This document shows positions 58,578 to 64,000 of a DNA stretch of 64,000 bases, piece after piece. Within the stretch, counting starts at the first letter, position 1, and each line of letters begins with the position of its first letter. The position numbers and the translations under genes were made by a program. Source of the stretch: Candidatus Heimdallarchaeota archaeon (GTDB lineage Archaea > Asgardarchaeota > Heimdallarchaeia > JABLTI01); contig JAHLVW010000083.1 in the NCBI GenBank assembly GCA_019058275.1, positions 1 to 64,000 on the forward strand. The letters are read 5' to 3'. The notes beneath the pieces are model-generated. The model was not told the DNA's origin. It made no database searches and saw nothing but the letters and a program-made list of their open reading frames with translations.

Positions 58578-59039
58578 TTATAAGCCAAAACCATCATCTG
58601 GAAACCAATCTGGCCAACCTGAAATCCATTTTGGAATTTTAGCTTCTTTTACCCTGTCACATACAGGGAAATATGCCTTTAGGTCAAGTATTGGAGTCGT
58701 ATCGAAAGCATCTATATTTTTAATCTTGATTAGTCCTTTTTCATGATTTATTTTGAGAATTTCCACTATAGTCAAACCTATTGGATTTGGTCTGTATTCA
58801 GCCCTAGTAGCAAAAACACCGGTTACTGGAGGGTTTTCCCCATATGGAGGTGTACATTGGATACTTTTTTTGCTCTTAATATTATCATGTTTATCAGAAC
58901 ACCACAATACATGCATGTGACTAAAATGCTCTAGTTGTTGTAGAGCAGGTCTATATTCTTGAAAGAGTTCAAGATAGATGCCATCATCCTTTCTATTTAC
59001 AAAACCTATTGGAGTTACTTTAAAATCTGTTTCAGTCAA
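58578..59039 (-). CDS. tsaA: TsaA/TrmO-like SAM-binding (tRNA m6t6A37 methyltransferase) protein
   Basis: PIG, FSH, GVFATR...RPNPIGL and D..D.TP.LDLK motifs. Confidence 0.8.
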   Translation of the reverse strand: MTETDFKVTPIGFVNRKDDGIYLELFQEYRPALQQLEHFSHMHVLWCSDKHDNIKSKKSIQCTPPYGENPPVTGVFATRAEYRPNPIGLTIVEILKINHEKGLIKIKNIDAFDTTPILDLKAYFPVCDRVKEAKIPKWISGWPDWFPDDGFGL

Positions 59040-59207
59040 TTTAATTCCTCCAAAAAAGAGCTTCTTTCAAACATCTGTTTCTATTTAATATACATCGTAT
59101 TTGGATATTTAAGAGTTTCTATTATCGGTGAATAATATTCATTAGAATTAGGTATTTATGTAATCTGAACTGGAGAATATTTGCAATTAGTTGTAGAAAA
59201 ATGAATG

Positions 59208-59594
59208 TTAGGTTTCTCTTCTTTGTAGAAAAGTATCTAGAAGATGCTTCTTCTGCTGTGCTTCTCGTTCTTTGATTTCGATTGATTGGGATTCAAGAAA
59301 AGCATCATTAATTGATTGTAAGAATTCAATACCCGTTTCGGTAATTCTATAATAACCATGATGGATTTTATCAACCAGAGAAGCAGTTTTTAGAGAAGCA
59401 AGATGATTTGCTAAAGCTGTTCTACCGAGTTCAACTTCAGACATTAGTTCTTGGAATGTTTTTGTTCCCTCTAATAAGACTATTAGTATTTTCATTCTAT
59501 TAGGAGAACCCAAAGCTTTCAAAACAAATATGAGATCATTGAAAGATCGCTGGAGGGATTCATATAATTCAGAATTGACATTATTATCTGACAT
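59208..59594 (-). CDS. ArsR-like winged-helix regulator
   Basis: LKALG...R..IL..L....TF.EL......TAL..HL..L....LV....GYY.IT..G. Confidence 0.8.
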   Translation of the reverse strand: MSDNNVNSELYESLQRSFNDLIFVLKALGSPNRMKILIVLLEGTKTFQELMSEVELGRTALANHLASLKTASLVDKIHHGYYRITETGIEFLQSINDAFLESQSIEIKEREAQQKKHLLDTFLQRRET

Positions 59595-59665
59595 GATTCG
59601 GGTTAATTTGACCCTATTTTAATATAAATACTTAATCATGCAATGTTCATATATGAGATTAAGCA

Positions 59666-60472
59666 ATGATTAAAGCGATTAAAATGAGTGTCCCCGATTA
59701 CAAGATTATCAATATTACAGAGCAAAACTTAGATGAATATGATTTATTATGTCACAAATCCAAGAAAAGTGGAGAAGGATATCAAAATAAAGTCAAGTGG
59801 TTTATGGATCGATTAAAAGAAGGATTAAAATTAAAGCTCTTATTAATCGATGAGGGTACAAGAGGTTTTCGATCCAGGGGTTTTATTGAGTATATTCCAG
59901 GTGAATACACATGGCGTGGAATCGATGCTAAAGGATATATGGTCATTCATTGTATTTGGGTTATTGGTAAGAATAAGAAAATGGGTTTTGGTGTGAAATT
60001 ACTAAATAAATGTTTAATTGATGCACAAGGAATGTATGGGGTAGTAGTTGTAACATCTAAAACTGGTTGGTTACCAAAAAGTAAATTTTTCATAAAAAAT
60101 AGTTTTGAGAAAGTAGACGGTTTACCCCCGTCTTTTGATCTTTATGTAAAGAAATTTTCAGAGGTATTTCCCAATCCGGCATTCTATCCTATTTCTCGGA
60201 AAGAAGAATTTTCAGATGGTTTAGCAATTATGATTTCTCATCAATGCCCATATTCACCTTCAGCAAAAAATGTAGTACAAAGAGTTGCAAAGAAACTAAA
60301 CCTACCATTTAGAGTGATTGAAATTACTGATTGCAAACAAGCACAAAGAAATGGAATTCATCCATATGGAACATATTGTGTAGTATTAAATGGTGAAGCT
60401 TTGACTTATCGGGCTAGTAGTGAAAAAGATATATTGGAATTAATAAAAAAGAAAGAAGTTAAGATTGAGTAA
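59666..60472 (+). CDS. GNAT plus YoaP-domain protein
   Basis: GFIEYIPGE..WR, IHCIW, G.G..LL, QCPY and AQ...PY motifs. Confidence 0.8.
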   Translation: MIKAIKMSVPDYKIINITEQNLDEYDLLCHKSKKSGEGYQNKVKWFMDRLKEGLKLKLLLIDEGTRGFRSRGFIEYIPGEYTWRGIDAKGYMVIHCIWVIGKNKKMGFGVKLLNKCLIDAQGMYGVVVVTSKTGWLPKSKFFIKNSFEKVDGLPPSFDLYVKKFSEVFPNPAFYPISRKEEFSDGLAIMISHQCPYSPSAKNVVQRVAKKLNLPFRVIEITDCKQAQRNGIHPYGTYCVVLNGEALTYRASSEKDILELIKKKEVKIE

Positions 60473-60481
60473 AAGAGGGAA

Positions 60482-61015
60482 ATGCTTAATTCCTATTTAA
60501 ACCTTCGATATATTGAGGAAGGTATAATGAATTCTGATAAGAAACACGTTTGGATTTCAAGCGGTTTATTAGGCCAATTTTCAAGCAGTTGGAAGATGCT
60601 TCGAAGTGCTATTGATAATGCTCCTGACGAGTATTGGTATGGGAAGGAACATGATTGGAATTATTCACGAACGATTTACCATACAATTGAAACACAACTT
60701 TTCTACATAAGGAGTTCTCCTGAAGGCATGGAATGGGGTAAAATAATAAAAGAAATTAACACTGAAAAAAAACCCCCTAAAGAAGTCTACCCCTCAAAAG
60801 AGATTTTGATTGATTATTTGGGGAAGGTGAAAAAGCAGGTTACCACTTATCTCAAAGTAGTTAAGTTTGAAGAATTACTCGAGAAAGATGACTTCAAATG
60901 GTTTGGTTCTGTATTTGAAAAGCTACTTTATTTGTTAAGACATAATGCACATCACATTGGAGAATTAGCTAGAATGCTCCGAGAATGGGGATGTGATCGA
61001 GTAGAATGGACTTGA
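60482..61015 (+). CDS. DinB/YfiT family metalloprotein
   Basis: YH...; RHNAHHIGEL. Start probably ATG at 60527. Confidence 0.8.
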   Translation: MLNSYLNLRYIEEGIMNSDKKHVWISSGLLGQFSSSWKMLRSAIDNAPDEYWYGKEHDWNYSRTIYHTIETQLFYIRSSPEGMEWGKIIKEINTEKKPPKEVYPSKEILIDYLGKVKKQVTTYLKVVKFEELLEKDDFKWFGSVFEKLLYLLRHNAHHIGELARMLREWGCDRVEWT

Positions 61016-61036
61016 ATTATAATCCATTTTCACTTT

Positions 61037-62005
61037 CTATTCTATTTTTGGCATTTTGTCTATGGGAATGTTAAATTTCTGAGCAATTATTCCCAAAGCT
61101 GCTTTTGTAAAATTAGTAATGTCCTTTAATGAAGAATCTAATCCGAAATTTGCATGTCCAGTTTTTTCAAAAGCGCATAAGAAGAGTGTTGGAGAACCTG
61201 TCTCTAATGCCAATTGATTCTTCTCAGCAGAAACAAAATAAATTGGTTCTTGCTTCCCCTTTTCATAAAGGTAAAGTAAATGTTCATACTGAATATTGCC
61301 ATAACTTACAATATCGCTAACTATTATTGCTTCATAATTTCCAAGCTTAAATGACTTCTTTTCTGCAGCTGAAACAATTGAAGGAAGATAGTATTCAATT
61401 TTAAGAATATTAAACAAATACTTCAATAGAATCGTGCAGAATGGATCATAATCAAGTGCTTTTCTTAACACTGATTCAGCTTCTGTTGGATTGTTGTTGT
61501 TCTCGACTAAAATTATTGATAGGTTTAGTGATGCTTTGGTAATTGATGGATCAATATCTAATGTAGTTCGGTAAGCATTTTCAGCTTCTGTATAATTTTC
61601 CAATTTATGATATGTCGTTCCTAGATTTAACCAAGCTACAGGATCTTGAGGTTCAAGTTGTAGAAATTCATTATAAGCTTCTTTAGCACCGATCAAATCA
61701 TTTTGTTGAGTTAAAATAATTGCTAAGTTGAACCATGCATTTATTGCGCTTGGATTTATTTTAAGTGTCTGTCGATAATTTTTTTCAGCTTCTTTAAACT
61801 CACCTTTGTCTCCCATGGTTATTGCTAGTTCAAACCAAATCATTGAATTTTGTTGATCAAGCTGTAAGGCTTCTCTAAGTGACTCTTCTGCTTCAGCTAA
61901 TTTATTTTTCAATCTCAAAGTAATTCCAAGCTCTATCCAAGAATCAACATCTTGTGGATTTTGCTTTACTCGAGTTCTATAAAACTCTTCATCGTTTTTA
62001 CTCAT
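61037..62005 (-). CDS. TPR repeat protein
   Basis: About five W..LG/A......A...Y..AL..DP repeats plus a C-terminal domain. Confidence 0.85.
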   Translation of the reverse strand: MSKNDEEFYRTRVKQNPQDVDSWIELGITLRLKNKLAEAEESLREALQLDQQNSMIWFELAITMGDKGEFKEAEKNYRQTLKINPSAINAWFNLAIILTQQNDLIGAKEAYNEFLQLEPQDPVAWLNLGTTYHKLENYTEAENAYRTTLDIDPSITKASLNLSIILVENNNNPTEAESVLRKALDYDPFCTILLKYLFNILKIEYYLPSIVSAAEKKSFKLGNYEAIIVSDIVSYGNIQYEHLLYLYEKGKQEPIYFVSAEKNQLALETGSPTLFLCAFEKTGHANFGLDSSLKDITNFTKAALGIIAQKFNIPIDKMPKIE

Positions 62006-62167
62006 ACATTTTACAATCCAATGAGAAATACCTAAGAGATGATTACCTCTCGATTCTTTATAACTTATTTTGTTTACAATTCACAAAGCGAAAAGGTTAA
62101 CTTTCAATTATTTTAAACATATCCAAATTTTTCCGAAATATTTTTCATAAATGTTTGCAAAATACAA

Positions 62168-63712
62168 ATGATAATGACTTCTATTACTAACACCACAATT
62201 ACTATAATTCCAGAACCTGTGGAATTAAAGAAAATTAATGGACATTTCGAGATTACAAAAGAAACTATGCTTTTTGTTGGAGAGAAACTAAAGAAAGTAG
62301 AAGAGTATTTACAACAATTAGTACAACCCTCTTTTAGTTGGAGAATTCCTGTTAGCACTAAACGAGTTAAAACTAATTATATTGATCTTTTGATTTGCGA
62401 AGAAGATCAAGAATTGGGCGAAGAAGGGTATGTTCTTAGTTCTACAAAAGATGGAATAAGAATTGAAGGAAACACTCCAAAAGGTGTTTTTTATGGCATA
62501 CAGACACTTAGACAATTACTACCAATGGAGATAGAAGAGAAGAGTCAAATTCAAAATATCGAATGGGTAATTCCTCGTGTTACAATAAAGGATTATCCAA
62601 GATTTGAATGGCGAGGATTCATGTTAGATGAAGCTCGGTATTTTATGGGGACAGAAGTTGTTAAGAAATATTTAGATTTGATGGCTTTACAAAAATTGAA
62701 TAAATTTCATTGGCATTTAGTTGATGATCAAGGTTGGCGAATAGAAATCGAAAAATACCCAAAGCTTACAAAAGTTGGTTCTAAACGTGAGTTGAAACAA
62801 AAACGTGGTGAAATAGCTAATACTGAGAATCCTAATATCTATGGAAGATTTTACAAAAAGTCAGAGATACAAGAAATCATTCAATATGCAAAAGATCGTT
62901 TTATAGAAATCATACCTGAAATTGAAATGCCAGGACATTCATCTGCTGCTTTAGCTGCTTACCCTGAACTAAGTTGTACAGGAGGACCATTTGAAGTTCC
63001 TACAAGATGGGGAATTTTTGCTGATACTTATTGTCCTGGAAATGATGAAGTTTACGAATTTCTGAAAAACGTTCTTGATGAGGTCATAGAGCTCTTTCCC
63101 TCTAAAATCATTCACATTGGTGGCGATGAAGTTCCTAAAATCCGCTGGCGATCTTGCTCTAAGTGTAAGGAAAAGATGAAAAAGGAAAATATTTCGAAGA
63201 TTAAGGATTTACAAGTTCTTCTCACAAATTACTTTGCCACATATCTCGAGTCAAAAGGTAGAAGATTAATGGGGTGGAATCAAATCCTAGATGAAAACTT
63301 AGTAAATAATGCTATTTCTCAATACTGGTTAGGAAAACAAAGGGAAACAATCAGTCATATAAAGCAAGGCAGAGATACTGTTATAACAAAATACTTGTGG
63401 ACTTACTTGGATCATCCATACAAGATACTTTCTTTAAAGAAAGCCTATAGGTTTGAACCAATTTTTTCAAAGTTAGGTGAAAAACATCACTCGCATATTA
63501 TTGGAATTGAAGCACCTCTTTGGACAGAACGCATCCCCAACGAAGAAAGATTAGATTGGCAAGCATTCCCTAGATTAATAGCATATGCTGAAATTGGTTG
63601 GACACCTAAAGATAAGAAAGACTACAAATCATTTAGAAATAGATTAGAAGCATTCCTAAAAAGACTAGATATTCTTGGTATAAATTACGCAACAATGAAA
63701 GAAGCAGAATGA
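62168..63712 (+). CDS. Beta-N-acetylhexosaminidase (GH20)
   Basis: DYPRF.WRG.MLDEAR, HWHL.DDQGWR, PEIEMPGH, HIGGDE and WTE. No signal peptide seen. Confidence 0.92.
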   Translation: MIMTSITNTTITIIPEPVELKKINGHFEITKETMLFVGEKLKKVEEYLQQLVQPSFSWRIPVSTKRVKTNYIDLLICEEDQELGEEGYVLSSTKDGIRIEGNTPKGVFYGIQTLRQLLPMEIEEKSQIQNIEWVIPRVTIKDYPRFEWRGFMLDEARYFMGTEVVKKYLDLMALQKLNKFHWHLVDDQGWRIEIEKYPKLTKVGSKRELKQKRGEIANTENPNIYGRFYKKSEIQEIIQYAKDRFIEIIPEIEMPGHSSAALAAYPELSCTGGPFEVPTRWGIFADTYCPGNDEVYEFLKNVLDEVIELFPSKIIHIGGDEVPKIRWRSCSKCKEKMKKENISKIKDLQVLLTNYFATYLESKGRRLMGWNQILDENLVNNAISQYWLGKQRETISHIKQGRDTVITKYLWTYLDHPYKILSLKKAYRFEPIFSKLGEKHHSHIIGIEAPLWTERIPNEERLDWQAFPRLIAYAEIGWTPKDKKDYKSFRNRLEAFLKRLDILGINYATMKEAE

Positions 63713-64000
63713 AATTCTAATAATTCAAATCTATTCTTTTTGCTTCCTTTAAAACAGAGTACATCTATTGTAACGAATTCATTCATTAGCCGCTTATTTA
63801 CACCACCCCAATTTGCTGGAGAGAAATAACTTTTATCAATATTGTTTGGTTGAAAATATTTTGATTCAGTAGGGAAACCACCATCAGGCAACCTTTTGGA
63901 TTCAAGGATATCAATTGCTTCAATACAACATGAATCAGTGATTTTATTGGCTTCTGCAAGAACCTTTAATGCCATTAATATGTCATAATGCCAAAAGGGA
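63685..64000 (-). CDS. Partial prenyltransferase-fold protein (paralog family of 52746-53714), runs off the window
   Basis: PFWHYDILMALKVL, KRLPDGGFP, WG and NEFVT motifs. Probable frameshift near 63757 (alternative ending VLKEAKRIDLNY). Confidence 0.55.
   Translation of the reverse strand, partial: PFWHYDILMALKVLAEANKITDSCCIEAIDILESKRLPDGGFPTESKYFQPNNIDKSYFSPANWGGVNKRLMNEFVTIDVLCFKGSKKNRFELLEFHSASFIVA

Noticed and set aside
885-62515. Numerous 60-120 aa ORFs nested in or antisense to long genes
   Set aside because: No motifs, and they overlap well-supported CDSs. Treated as chance ORFs.
1-64000. CRISPR array associated with the Cas4-like gene
   Set aside because: No regularly spaced direct repeats and no other cas genes seen.

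Overview
AT-rich archaeal chromosomal window, most consistent with an Asgard archaeon, probably Heimdallarchaeia. This is inferred from eukaryote-type PriL/PriS primase, membrane RING and PCI-like proteins, geranylgeranyl reductase, a CDP-archaeol-type phosphatidyltransferase, MutS/MutL and a C-terminally anchored surface protein. Layout: (1) 1-7.2 kb, an accessory, partly decayed region with a solo Cas4-like nuclease, serine hydrolase, processive GT2, a degenerate tRNA(CAU)-like sequence and duplicated pseudogenes. (2) 7.2-15.2 kb, two large surface proteins that share DNA modules. (3) 16-20 kb, a corrinoid / homocysteine-methyltransferase / reactivation-domain / non-Pyl MttB operon. (4) 20-31 kb, core genes: GGR, TM-anchored SepF, ferredoxin, primase, XPD and a lipid synthase. 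(5) 30.2-30.5 kb, a free-standing structured RNA on the minus strand. By eye it has the ordered P1-P9 core of a group I ribozyme, sits behind its own candidate TATA box outside any rRNA, tRNA or CDS host, and has competing alternative helices. This is the most novel-looking item. (6) 31.2-34.6 kb, a small integrative-element-like block with a non-canonical tyrosine recombinase. (7) 35-46 kb, MetAP with a long Lys/Thr/Ala-rich N-terminal extension, a DOMON-like surface protein, MutL, a NIPA-like transporter and MutS. (8) 46-64 kb, accessory stress and metabolic genes with several nonsense or frameshift lesions. No CRISPR array, rRNA or intact tRNA was seen. All calls are by-eye motif recognition; no searches were run.
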